A stretch of DNA of 64,000 nt from Rhina ancylostomus (lineage: Eukaryota): contig JARFYF010000112.1 in NCBI GenBank assembly GCA_030265395.1, positions 20,384,368 through 20,448,367 on the forward strand, read 5' to 3'. Numbering within the stretch: position 1 is the stretch's first letter; each line of letters starts with the position of its first letter. The translations under genes and the position numbers were made by a program. Below, piece by piece: positions 23,852-34,000 of the stretch. Under the pieces are notes generated by a model, which was given only the letters and a program-made list of their open reading frames with translations, made no database searches and was not told where the DNA came from.

Positions 23852-26800
23852 ATATAAAAAATACACAGAGTAGTGTAGCGCAGGTACTACACACTGTAAC
23901 AGCAAATGTCCTGTCAGGTGCTGCCAATACTTGTATGATTCCTGCCTTCTCTCCCTTATTCCGGCACTGCTTGTCTCAACAGTTTCACTGGATTTCAGGA
24001 TCATGCTTGGGTCCCACCTATCACTTTTCACCAATTATCCTAATTAATGACTGCTGGAGCCTCCACTCTGAGGTCCCATCTTGTGTATCAGTGTCAATAT
24101 GCCTCTATTTCCCTTATGGACTTACTAAGGTTCAGATCTTCCACCTACCAGGCATCAGCCAACTCCCTAAAAACTCTCACTTCCTCACGTTTCCTTTAAG
24201 GAAAGCCACTGTATAAAAACAAGCAGTTGTTTCAGATACACAACTTCAGTTTAGCATGTGGTAAATTCCAATGTGTTATGAACTTGCACTTCTTGTTTGT
24301 CATATTAAGATCTTAAGTGCTTGTTTAGCGACCAAAAGACATGGTGGTGGGTTAAATGGCTTCTGTAAATTACCTTGGTGCAGGTAAGAGGCAAAAGAAT
24401 CAAAGGGTTGTTGATGGACGTGTTAAAAAGAATAAGTTGCAGAGCTGCAGGGAAATAAAGGAGAAGGGGATGGCATTGCTCAGCCGGACAATAGCCTCAT
24501 TCTAAGAACATAAGTAAAAAGAAAAATGGTTCCATTGAATTTCTTTTGTAAAGTTTATTCTCACATAGTCATCAGTCATGTTTCCAGAAAATTATTATTA
24601 TTTTAAAACTGTAAGAGATGTTAACAAGTTTGAGAAACTATAGCTTCAGTCCAAGGAAAAATGTGGATATGATTATGAAGGCAAGATTTTTTTTACTTTC
24701 TACAGTCAGACCAACAATTTCAAACAAGAACTTCTGAAAGTTACAATACCCCACTTCCAGGCTATGCAGGAGAATCACCTGGTCATTACAGAAGAGAATA
24801 TTATTTAGAGGTATGGAATAATTAGGAGATTTAAAAGCACCATGAGTAAGTAGCTCAGTAACTGATTTATGGACTATTGAAATGATTACAAGACACTATT
24901 CCTTCTGAATGATTGGATGCATTCCAGTTTGTTAGCTGTTACACATTTAAGATTAGATATCTTTATTAGTCACATGTACATCTAAACACACAGTGAAATA
25001 CATCAATTGTGTAGAGTGTTTTGGGGGCAGCCTGAAAGTGTCGCCACACTTTCGGCGCCAATGTAGCATGCCCACAACTTCCTAACCTGTACGTCTTTGG
25101 AATTTGGGAGGAATCCAGAGCACCTGGAGGAAACCCACGCAGACACAGGGAGAACGTAAAAAATCCTTGCGGCAGGAATTGAACCCAGGCCGCTGGCACT
25201 GTAGTGGTGTAATGCTAACCGCTACACTACTTTGCCTGCCTTCATTTGGTAGTACCTTTGCTTCTGTCAGAAGGTTCTGGGTTCAAATCCCACTCTGTAG
25301 ACTTGAGCAAAAAAATCTAGGGTGAAACTCAATAGTAGTACTGAGGAAAGCTGGACTGCCTTCTGGGTGCGGTGTGAATGTGTGGTTACACTCTCAAATG
25401 GAAATAAAAGGTACTGTAGCGGCTAGCTACACTGAATAAAGACACGAGACACTCGTTTGGAGTCCAAGAGTTGAATGAACGACTGGGGTGCGCTGCCCCT
25501 TTGTTAAACACAGTTCCCGCGCTGACGTCACGTGCAGGTCACGTGACCTTCCCGCGCACAGGCTCCACTAGCCCAACAAAGGAGGAGTGCCCTGCGCCAT
25601 CTTGTGTCGGGGCCTCTGACGACGCTCGCGATCCTGGAAACCAGTTCGTGAAAGGTAAGTCGCCACAGTACCATGACAATGTATCAAAGAAAAAAAATGG
25701 GGAGTTGTATTCCATGACCTGGACAGTAGTTACTCTACAATCAATGTTACTAAAACATATTTTTACATGTATGTTTCCTCAGTTGAAATTGGCAGCTACA
25801 CTTTCTTTATTAGGCCCTTTGGAATGTTATTAAAAGAATGATAAAAATGTGAATCATTTTTCATAAACTACATAAGCACTAACAGAGCAGTCAGTGATCA
25901 TGCAACCCTGCCAAGATCAGATTATCGACTTTATATTACTAGGTTGGGGAAAAGAGCTAAATAAAAAAAATATGATGGTGCAGTCTTGAACCTTTCATGA
26001 TTGTCGTTGCCTGCTCCAGAAATCACATAATTGAAACTCTAATTGAAGGATTATTGTTCGCAACATAACTAGTGTAAATTGGTGTTGATTTATTATTGTC
26101 ACTTGTACTGAGGTACAATGAAAAACTTGTTTTGTATACCGTTCATACAGATCAATTCATTGCACAGTGCATTGAGAGAGTGCAGAGAAAAAACAAAACA
26201 CAATAAATCTATTAACCAATTATATTGGGTTACAGTAAAGCAAGAAAAATACCCAAATTAAACAGTGTGGTGTAACCTTTCTTACAGCGACAATAAAGTC
26301 AATTTGCAAACATTTTAATATTTTTCCTTCAAATTATATTTAGCCTAATCTGCAACTTGTCGGAAGAAGAGGAAATCGTCAATCCAGACAACGTAAGTCT
26401 AACACTGAATGAATAAAGTTTTGCTGAAGTATTATTTCTTGGTTCACAGGGCAGAATCTTAGCAGACCAAGAGCAGTCCTATTTACCATCAAGGTTGCCA
26501 GTTAAACTATGTATTTTTGAAATGGAAAAATGTTTGTGTTCAATAATTGTATTTATGCTACAGATTCCCAATATTGATGAGATAAACATTGGTGGTGGAA
26601 AGAAAAACAGAACATACTGACCCTTCACTTTCAGTTTAATTTAATAGGCCTCCTTTATTCAACTATTTTCAGCAGAATCAAGGCCAATATTCCGCCTACC
26701 CAATCACTGACACATCTAGAGGTGTTAAACATAAGTGCGCATGATTAGAGCTGTGGCCAGCTTTGGTGACTTTGCTATGATACAGGAACATTACTGTAAA

Positions 26801-29800
26801 ATCTTGACCTCAGGCCAGAAATTAAATAGAAGAAAGGAGCTCACCCATGAAAACGCGGGAGGAAATAAGCGGGAAATCAGCTACAAAACTGAAAGAATTG
26901 CTGCGACCATATGTGAAAAGAATGTAGTGCATGATATCATCAACACCAAGGTGTCCTGATAATTTTCCAAGTGATGAAGGTGCTTTAGTTTCTAACCTAA
27001 AAGCTTTATTTCTTTAAATATTAGAGAGCAACATGGCTTTAGGTCATGATGGAGGAATAACAAAGTACACCCAGGTATTTGTATTCCAGAGGCTGATTTG
27101 ATAATGAAGTTACTTGCGGTCTCTACAATTTGTATGCGATCCTTAAACAGGCCTAACACAGCAATGGAGACACAAGAGACTGTAGATGCTGTAATCTGGA
27201 GCAAAAAACAAACAGCTGGAGGAACCCAGTGGATTAAGCAGCACCTATGGAGGCAAAGGGATAGTTGAATGTTTCAGGTCTCAACCTGAAATGTCAACTA
27301 TTGCTTTACCTCCACTGACGCTGTTTAACCCACTGAGTTCCTTCAGCAGTTTGTTTATTGCTAACACAGAAATGATTTTGCCTGGTGTTTACTTGAATGA
27401 GTACTGCATTCGTCAATTGTGGTTTCTTGCTTCAGCTTTTTGGCAATATTAGCTAGCAGATGATGACAACCTTCTGATGACTTCAACTGAGGTTTGGACC
27501 TACAATAAACTCTGGTTCAAATACATATTTTAATAAATTCAGAGAATATTGGAGGTGGCAAAAAAATTATACTATCACATATTCCTTGTATTTTATTCCA
27601 TGGGATTCATCATTGAAAGTTTGGAGAAGCTGAAATTTACTAATTTTATATAGAAACAAGAATGTGCGTGCTTTTAAAATCTCAGATAAGCTTGCAGTAT
27701 CCAAAAGGTTAATTAGGTTATGGTGATTCTGTGCGGCTCCATTGAGGATTGAGGTTGTTCCTTATCACTTCTATCACTGTTAGCCCTCAATGTGGCCTCC
27801 TGATAACTGTGTTAACAGATGTTAAACTGTGTCAAAGCAGGAGAGGGAGAGAGAAAATACATTTTCCTGATTTGTAGGAATAGTATTTGTCATTCTGTTG
27901 GAACTTGTGATTTTATTTTTCTGTGTTGATTGAATCTCTTACATCCTTCATTCTTCTAATTATCAGTGCTTTGAACTTTGCTGTGCTTCAGTGGTTTTAC
28001 CTTTTGGGTATCAAAGTAAAAGTTGTTTGTCGAATATAAACTTGGGTTTTTGCCCAAACCAATATTAATTTTTTCCCTGAACAGCATAATACTGATCCTA
28101 TACCTATGACCTTATTTGAGCTAGGATCAGGTTGCATTGCACATTCATTTTTCTGTCGTCAAAGAATCAAAGGGGTTTGTATGCATCAGAAGCTGTCGAT
28201 GACATTCTTCCTGGTGTTGCCCATAAACAGCTAGGTTGAATTCAGTTGGTCAGAACTGAACTCTCAATCTCTAAGTCTCTATTCCACGAAGTGTTCTTAA
28301 ATTCCCAATCCAGATTGTGGCAAACCATTATTAAAGGTTTGAAAGAAACAATGGACTATATTGATATTTCACAATTTGAAATCTGAATTTACCAATGCAA
28401 TAAAAATCATCCAGAATATTTAATGGGCATATCAATCTGACCACCTGATAGTAATGAACTGAAATATTCAGATGGTACTTGGAGACTGAAAACTTAATGG
28501 ATGTGATTTAAAGATATAATGTTAACTTTACTCTTTCAGGATTAGCTGAAGATTCTGTGTCTACCAGCAACACAGAAGAGTTGAATGTAACCAGTGAACT
28601 TGAGAGAGGTATTTAATAATTAGAACTGATATTAAAATCTTATTTAGTCAATGCAAATTAGGATTTGTATGCTAGATGATTAAAGTTTGTTAAATATAAT
28701 TTCACTCCAGTATTTTTAGGGGGCTCTATGTGCACACAGGCTGCCAGTTATGCACCGTCATGCAAAAATTATGCAACAAATATCCTTACATATCCTGTGC
28801 AGTTNNNNNNNNNNNNNNNNNNNNNNNNNNNNNNNNNNNNNNNNNNNNNNNNNNNNNNNNNNNNNNNNNNNNNNNNNNNNNNNNNNNNNNNNNNNNNNNN
28901 NNNNNNNNNNNNNNNNTTTCTTAAAGTTTCTTCAGCACCACCTTCCCAGCAAGTTGCCAATGTGTTCAGGGTCCCCAAAACTCTTAACCAACTGTATCTC
29001 CCTGACACCTACTTGATTGACTTTCCACACATTTCTGTCTCACCCCAGCTCGCTTGTATCCTCTCTGCCCAGACAGCTGATATCCACTCAATGCCCTATT
29101 GCCTGTTCCACTGATACTTCCGCCGCTCCCACCTCCAGACACCTTGTCCTCGACTCTTATCTCCAATCTCCACTCTGAATGACACAAGGCTGATCCCCTC
29201 TCTGGCCCAGTCCTCCTTACCCATCACGCTCCACCCCTCCCCAACACTTGCCCTGCACCACCACCGGTGTAATCCACAGCTCAACTGATTTCCTCTGCTA
29301 GCTCTGCCACTGCAAAGTACATTGGCCAAGGCTTTTTTATTCACAAACTGGTCGGGGAGTCATGTACAAAATTGTTGTGACCTTGCCCTCTGCCCCTTTT
29401 AATTTGCCTTTTTGGCCAGTATTCAATTTCTAGGGCTAATTCCATACAATCAAAACCACAGGAAGGTTCCAGTTTCATGAATTAGGTAAACAAATGGACA
29501 TGTAACCAGTATTTTCACTTCTTAAACATTGAACATCTATCCTTTTATCACAATATTAAGGTTTTAGTTGTATTCAAAAGAAGTCTTGAGAAGTCAATCA
29601 GAAAGGATTGTAAAATTATTTATGTAGCAATATGGTACAAATTGACATGGAATTCTGAAGCAGCTAGAATTTTTTTTGTTTTATAAACCTCACTGTTGAG
29701 TAATATCTACATTGAAAAATAGAAAAATAAATATAATTGAAAGAAGTCTTGATGCTTTTGACAGCATCATCCAAAGATGTTATAACTGAAATGTTTGTAT

Positions 29801-30445
29801 ACATCTATTTGAATCTTCTCAACAGAAAAGTTGTTTCACTGTACTATCTGCTAATTAAACAGACAGGGATGTAGCTACCCTTGACAGTCGGCACATCTTT
29901 ATATATCTGACTTGGGGCCAGGCACCAGTATGTACTAGGTGCTCCAAACTCAGGAGTGGAATGAATTTTAGGATGCAGAAAATAACCAATTAGATTTGTA
30001 CTGCTCACTTGAGAGCTCCTTATGCTAGCAAAATTAAACACATGTATCCACACTTAATTCAAATGAAAGGATGGAATTTGGGTAGAGATCCCAAAATTGT
30101 ATGTAGTACTACATGTGATAGCAGTTTCCAGGATCTGTAATCCATGAGTACATGTTTTAGAAAATAATGCTAGCATATGTTCATACTTTTGGATGTTGCA
30201 GAATGTAGTAGTATGACTTTTTTTTTCTCCGATTTGTCATGATGCACAATGAGGCCATGTGGCCCACTAGATCCATGCTGGCTCTCAGAGCAATCCCTTC
30301 AGAGAAGGATAAAACATTTGGGTTCTACCCTTTAAAGTCTCAGTAAAGATCCATGCAGTTATTCTGAGCTACTTAAAAAAAACTTTATTTATACAGCACG
30401 GTAACAGGCCCTTCCATCCCAATGAGCCCATGCTGCCCAATTACA

Positions 30446-30532
<87 letters not shown>

Positions 30533-30744
30533 ATCTCAGAAAAAATGGATTGCTTTATGTATTATATTAGATAACCAATCATGATCCTCATAAAACCCAT
30601 CAGTCCCTCAAGCTGATGGAAATATTTTTCTTTCTTGCAGAAGATCAAGGGGAATCGAGACCAAGTGCGAGAGAAGAAGCTAGCATTGCTCTTGCTCTGG
30701 CATTGGCTGCCAAGCATCAGGCAGAACAGCAGCACCAACAATAA
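483..30744 (+). CDS. TMC5: Transmembrane channel-like protein 5, 3' part of a spliced gene (5' exons lie upstream of the window). Exons 483-558, 697-794, 1323-1418, 1518-1593, 4750-4883, 6583-6750, 10395-10473, 11688-11786; inferred tail exons 24706-24810, 26344-26392, 28540-28608, 30641-30744
   Basis: The spliced translation has the TMC signature CWETFVGQDLYRL, then [64 protein letters not shown] and EGKDK. These match TMC5 as I recall it better than TMC4/6/7. All introns are GT-AG with matching phases, and the gene neighbours GDE1 as in mammals. Confidence 0.9.
697..794 (+). CDS. TMC5: TMC5 exon carrying the TMC signature (CWETFVGQDLYRLVVTDFIFSLFSSFFGEFIR)
   Basis: Acceptor ttgacag, donor AG|gtatgc; 98 nt; CWETxxGQ motif. 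Confidence 0.95.
1323..1418 (+). CDS. TMC5: TMC5 exon ([32 protein letters not shown])
   Basis: Acceptor ttgtttcag, donor TG|gtgagt; 96 nt; EFDIARNVL motif. Confidence 0.95.
1518..1593 (+). CDS. TMC5: TMC5 exon ([25 protein letters not shown])
   Basis: Acceptor tttttcttag, donor AAG|gtatgg; 76 nt; FFxPLLP motif. Confidence 0.95.
2590..4150 (+). mobile_element. Decayed CR1-clade LINE (RT to 3' end), interrupted at about 3317-3412 and 3725-3938
   Basis: Motifs SLTSVAGKMLE, VLGP, AKYANDIK (from FADDTK), KCRIVHFG, LVRPHLKY and YEERLDRLGL, with many stops and frameshifts. Confidence 0.85.
4750..4883 (+). CDS. TMC5: TMC5 exon ([44 protein letters not shown])
   Basis: Acceptor tgtgttcag, donor AG|gtaggt; 134 nt; WRAS motif followed by a hydrophobic helix. 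Confidence 0.95.
5400..5735 (+). mobile_element. Old CR1-like 3' end fragment
   Basis: FFxQxVVxxWxxL / FKRxLDKYL pattern and a typical tail. Confidence 0.6.
6583..6750 (+). CDS. TMC5: TMC5 exon ([55 protein letters not shown])
   Basis: Acceptor tcttttcag, donor TT|gtaagt; 168 nt; PSxxCGPF motif. Confidence 0.95.
6907..7452 (+). mobile_element. Rex1/Babar-clade LINE 3' fragment (contains an N-gap)
   Basis: YRCTIESILSGYITAWSGNCSAQDCKxLxRVVNA; tail gacaataataaaccaata. Confidence 0.8.
7700..8530 (+). mobile_element. Highly decayed L2-like LINE 3' region
   Basis: LHWLPV...FKILILVFK motif near 8180-8240; pyrimidine-rich strand. Confidence 0.55.
8738..9031 (-). mobile_element. tRNA-derived V-domain SINE
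   Basis: V-SINE core ggagcacccggaggaaacccacgcagtcacagg; A/B-box remnants on the minus strand; same family as 24949-25240. Confidence 0.85.
10395..10473 (+). CDS. TMC5: TMC5 exon ([26 protein letters not shown])
   Basis: Acceptor ttttctcaag, donor AAT|gtaagt; 79 nt; resembles TMC5 YLYWQITEGRKIM. Confidence 0.93.
11688..11786 (+). CDS. TMC5: TMC5 exon (EGKDKTYLLQKLTALKMREVSDEVINTIKFRKE)
   Basis: Acceptor tttttcctgttag, donor GAG|gtaagc; 99 nt; EGKDK motif. Confidence 0.92.
13120..13292. repeat. Penelope-terminus-derived fold-back repeat (decayed)
   Basis: Arms aaacaaactg... and ...cagtttgtttt; gacccaaaac core; same family as 14054-14303. Confidence 0.55.
14054..14303. repeat. Penelope-terminus-derived fold-back (MITE-like) element with ~74-bp imperfect inverted arms
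   Basis: Arm 14097-14170 is the near reverse complement of 14223-14296; inner arms 14168-14178 and 14202-14212. Confidence 0.8.
15230..16140 (-). mobile_element. Very old LINE remnant (probably L2, endonuclease region)
   Basis: Purine-rich + strand typical of antisense L2; weak motifs only. Confidence 0.35.
16850..17345 (+). mobile_element. Decayed L2-like LINE 3' end
   Basis: IDFKIL...PPYFYExLQPY pattern. Confidence 0.55.
19340..19472 (-). mobile_element. Tc1/mariner (Tigger/pogo-like) MITE end fragment
   Basis: The minus strand begins TA-tagtaaaactctgttaatccagcatgctc, resembling CAGTAAAACTC...TAATCC-type TIRs. Confidence 0.45.
20271..20880 (-). mobile_element. Rex1/Babar-clade LINE 3' fragment
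   Basis: AASIIKDPTHLGHSLFSPLPSGRRYRSLRARTTRLDSFYPTLIRLLN (track ORF 20540..20776); tail on the minus strand. Confidence 0.85.
21500..21835 (-). mobile_element. tRNA-derived V-domain SINE
   Basis: Core gggaggaaacctgagcatccagcggaaatccacatggtcgcgaggagaacctgcaaact; B-box ggttcaatcc on the minus strand. Confidence 0.8.
22972..23305 (+). mobile_element. tRNA-derived V-domain SINE with a CR1-type tail (HE1-like)
   Basis: A/B-box remnants, V core gggtttccccc...tttcctcccacattccaaaa, tail gaagggcctgtttctgtgctgta. Confidence 0.8.
23795..23855. repeat. (TG)/(TA) compound microsatellite
   Basis: Directly visible. Confidence 0.95.
24706..24810 (+). CDS. TMC5: Inferred TMC5 tail exon (SDQQFQTRTSESYNTPLPGYAGESPGHYRREYYLE)
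   Basis: Strong polypyrimidine acceptor ttttttttactttctacag, donor GAG|gtatgg; 105 nt, open in phase 0 to 0. No homology I can recognise. Confidence 0.6.
24949..25240 (-). mobile_element. tRNA-derived V-domain SINE, relatively young
   Basis: The minus strand starts ggcaggcaaagtagtgtagcggttagc (A box), then gggttcaattcc (B box); V core; several CpGs retained. Confidence 0.9.
25245..25860 (+). mobile_element. Deu-domain SINE (SacSINE/AmnSINE-like), interrupted by a solo LTR
   Basis: B box gggttcaaatccc; Deu-like core aaaaggtac|catgacaat...gggagttg...cctggacag...caatgttactaaaaca...aaattggcagc resumes after the insert. Confidence 0.6.
25415..25667 (-). mobile_element. Solo LTR (253 bp, Gypsy-like) with a 4-bp target-site duplication
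   Basis: TGT...ACA ends with an imperfect inverted repeat tgtagcggc/gtcgccaca; GTAC on both flanks (25411-25414 and 25668-25671); CpG-rich. Orientation is inferred. Confidence 0.85.
26083..26200 (-). mobile_element. Rex1-like LINE 3' tail fragment
   Basis: Matches the tail at 20271-20400 (tttattattgtcacttgtac...acagatcaattcattgcacagtgc). Confidence 0.75.
26344..26392 (+). CDS. TMC5: Inferred TMC5 tail exon (PNLQLVGRRGNRQSRQ)
   Basis: Acceptor atatttag, consensus donor gtaagt; 49 nt; phase 0 to 1 links the flanking exons in frame. Confidence 0.55.
27167..27362. repeat. Penelope-terminus-derived fold-back repeat
   Basis: Imperfect ~80-bp inverted arms centred near 27280 (tttcaggtc-tc-aacctgaaa). 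Confidence 0.75.
28540..28608 (+). CDS. TMC5: Inferred TMC5 tail exon (LAEDSVSTSNTEELNVTSELER)
   Basis: Acceptor actttactctttcag, donor AG|gtattt; 69 nt, open in phase 1 to 1. Confidence 0.6.
30449..30532. repeat. Compound microsatellite (TG)21(TA)15(CA)6
   Basis: Directly visible. Confidence 0.97.
30641..30744 (+). CDS. TMC5: Probable last coding exon of TMC5 (EDQGESRPSAREEASIALALALAAKHQAEQQHQQ*)
   Basis: Strong acceptor tttttctttcttgcag; open in phase 1 to TAA at 30742-30744; AATAAA about 300 nt downstream; Ala-rich terminal helix. Confidence 0.7.
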
Positions 30745-31041
30745 CTGTTTCTGAGATAATTCCTAGTGCTCTGTGCCACCTGAGAAATCCCCAAAAGAGG
30801 ACTTAAATAAGAAAAAAAGTCACAGGTAAGATTAAGTGGTGGAAAAATCTTGCCTATTGTAGCGACACTTTTCCAATGAACCACCTCAGGTGACCCGTTG
30901 GATAGCGCTGCCCACAGTACTTTCATAAATCTACCTGATCACTGCAAGACCTTTGAATGTTAATGTAAGCCTTTCACAGTTTTGTTGGTGGTCTATTGGC
31001 CCTAAGAATAATTAGGAGTATTTATAATAGTTACTCATGCT

Positions 31042-31047
31042 AATAAA
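31042..31047 (+). terminator. Candidate TMC5 polyadenylation signal
   Basis: First AATAAA I found after the inferred stop codon. Confidence 0.4.
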
Positions 31048-34000
31048 TGTTACTCCATATACTCCACTTTGTATTGCTAGAAATAGAAATTAGATAATCT
31101 AACTCAATGAGGTTGTATGCCTAGAAATGTGGATCACATAATCTTTCTTTCCAGCACTGTGTGATTAAAAAACAATTCAACCAGGGATTATTTGCATTTC
31201 CAACCATTTCCGAGTCTATGATATCAATCAGGGAATTTGACCGGGTCAACCTTGCAACTCCTGTGTTCAATTTCTGTGTTCAATAAGACTATTTTTTGTT
31301 TAAACCTCCTGTCGGAGCTTTGCATGACAATTTTGAACTATCTTGCTTTGGGAGCATCTGTCATAGGGCATTACCAGGAAAACAAGATCTTAATCTCACA
31401 GTGCGTCTTGGGAGAGCAGCAGTAGGTGAGAAATGTTTCTAAATCTTCAAGACCCCTCCTGCACAGAATAACCCCTTCAACATTTTCAATCTCACAAGTG
31501 CCTCCCAACTAACTCCCTGATCTGTGGTACCCCATGCATTTCTCCCATATGCTGCGACTTCTGAAACTCCCTACCATCTTGATGCTGTCCTCCTCCATCG
31601 CCAGACCTTTTGGTCAACCCCCTAAGTTTGGCTATGGGAGAAGAATATCAGGCAGCACATTTTAATGTGCAAAAACATATGAAGCCCAGTAACTTGAGGA
31701 GGCCTCAGACCTCTCACACATGAATTTTGAAACACTGGGATAGTCACTGCTCCAACATGTTAATAGCTTTTCAGTGTATTCTTTAAAGTACACAAATTTC
31801 TAGGCAATGCTTTTACTTCCTAAGGAAATATATATGTAACTTATAATTAATATTTTAAGTAGATTATATTGGAAAATTACCCTAAAGTAACTGCAACATA
31901 TGCTTTAATAAGATACAAAAAGATTATTTTTCCTTAACTTGCAACTCAGTAATAGTTAACAATTAACTTATAAAATCCAATACTTTTATTTATGCTTGTA
32001 GTTTACCTCTTTCAATTTCATAAGCTTGGTCCATTCATATTTTGGTAAATTTTTGTGCCTTGTTCTAATGCTGATCAGTATGATATTTCTTCATTTTGGG
32101 CACATGGATGCAGAAACTTTGTTGGGAGTTCTGGTTTCCTGCCCTAACCTGGGGAGAAATGGGCTGGTTATGTCACCTCTCCAGGGCTGCTAGTATTCTC
32201 CCACTGAAGTTCTAGCAGAAATCTGGGAGAGCTCCAACAGATCTTGCAGATCATGGTGGTTGCATTCAGCAGAGTAAAACTCCAGCCACTTTACTTCTCC
32301 GATGTGCTTACATGTTAACCTCATGTTTGAGCCGTATACTACAGCATTATGACATATCCGTTTTATGCCTTATGATTATGAAATAGTGCCAAATTTGTTT
32401 TCGTGATGACAATCAGCCAGGCTGGTGCTGCTCAAAGCATTTTGCACATAATTCTGACAAGCATGAGTGTGAGACTTCAGTCTGAGCTGGATTTAAGCTG
32501 GAACAATGTACAATGAGTTAAATCAGCGAAACACTTCTGATTTAATTCTACTTGATATTTCATGGCTTAACCTGAAGTTTACTGCAAAATACTCCGGATG
32601 CTGGAAATCTGAAAATTACAAGATGCAGGAAATGCTCAGTAGGTCAGTCAGCACTCGTGGTGAAGTATATTTAAAGTTTCAGGTCAATAAATGTTATCAC
32701 CCGACCCACTGGTCCTTGATCTGGCTCATGCCCTGTGTTCGCCCCCGGGTATCCTGCATGTGCTTTTGGGGCTGCATCACTCCCAAAAACCTTGAATGGC
32801 TCGTGCAGCCATTCCACAAGCTTCAGGCAGAGCAAACCAAAGCCCCTCCACATACTACGGTTCATTTCCCATCATCAGAGACATTTGGAAACAGTGGAAA
32901 TACATAATTAAAAATGTAAAACAATTTTATTTTAAAATACATTTAATTTATGTAAATTAATTGAAAACAATAAATATTAATTAAAATTTTAAAAATCCCT
33001 TCAGGTTCCTCGTCAGTAATTCCATTCAAATGTACCAGATACTCCAGCTATGACTAGAGTAGCTGAATAGCCAGGTATGAAGTGTATTTATCTCTTCAGT
33101 GAAGGTGCATGGTGGCTAGCTAGCAATTTCTAAAGGAATCACCAAATAGTTCCCAGCACAATCTGACCAATTAACTCTGCTCGTCTCTCCACAGATGCTG
33201 CCTGACTTGCTAGGTGTTTTTGACATTTTAATGTTTATTTGTAAAAGTTCATGCAACAACTTTAAAGTGGAAAAGTGTTGTAAATAATTGCTGTATCTAT
33301 ACAAGAAGATTCATTTGTATATAATTTTGTTTGTCTTAAGTACATGGAGCAAAAAAAACCTTAATTATCATCAGCCTCGTTCTCTGATTAAAAATAGACT
33401 ATTCACAAGACCAAAGTATGAGATGCTTGTCATTATGGTGCAGATCACAGCAAACAGATAATAGCAAGGCTATAATTCAAACCAGGCAGTTATGTTTAAG
33501 GTACATTTGGTTTACAGTTGTTATTGAATTTAAATGCATTAATCTTACCACCACAATTTGTTCCATGTAAAAAAAATATATCAAGTGACAGTACTGAATA
33601 CAGATGAGGGAAGTTGATCATTCTCATCCATGCAATAAATATTGTAGCATTGTTTTTTACTTTGTGTGTTATTTCCATATTTATATTTCTGAAATCACTG
33701 CAGTTTTGTCACTGCACACATTGATACTGAGTCCTTTTAATCCACAACAGCTTACTACTAGTATTACTAAAGTAATTAGCACTATTCCCTCAAAGCAGTG
33801 TAAACTTCTTTTAAGGATACAAGGATCAAAACCTGGGTATTTAATGATTTGCTACAATGGCTATGTTCATGTGAAAATCAAAACTATTGCTGTATGGTAA
33901 ACCACTGGTCAGTTAGTTACTGACCTAACTCAACTTGTCTAATTTTAATCCCTTCCATATGGCTTCCATGCGGCAATGGGGTTAACATCAACCTTATTTA

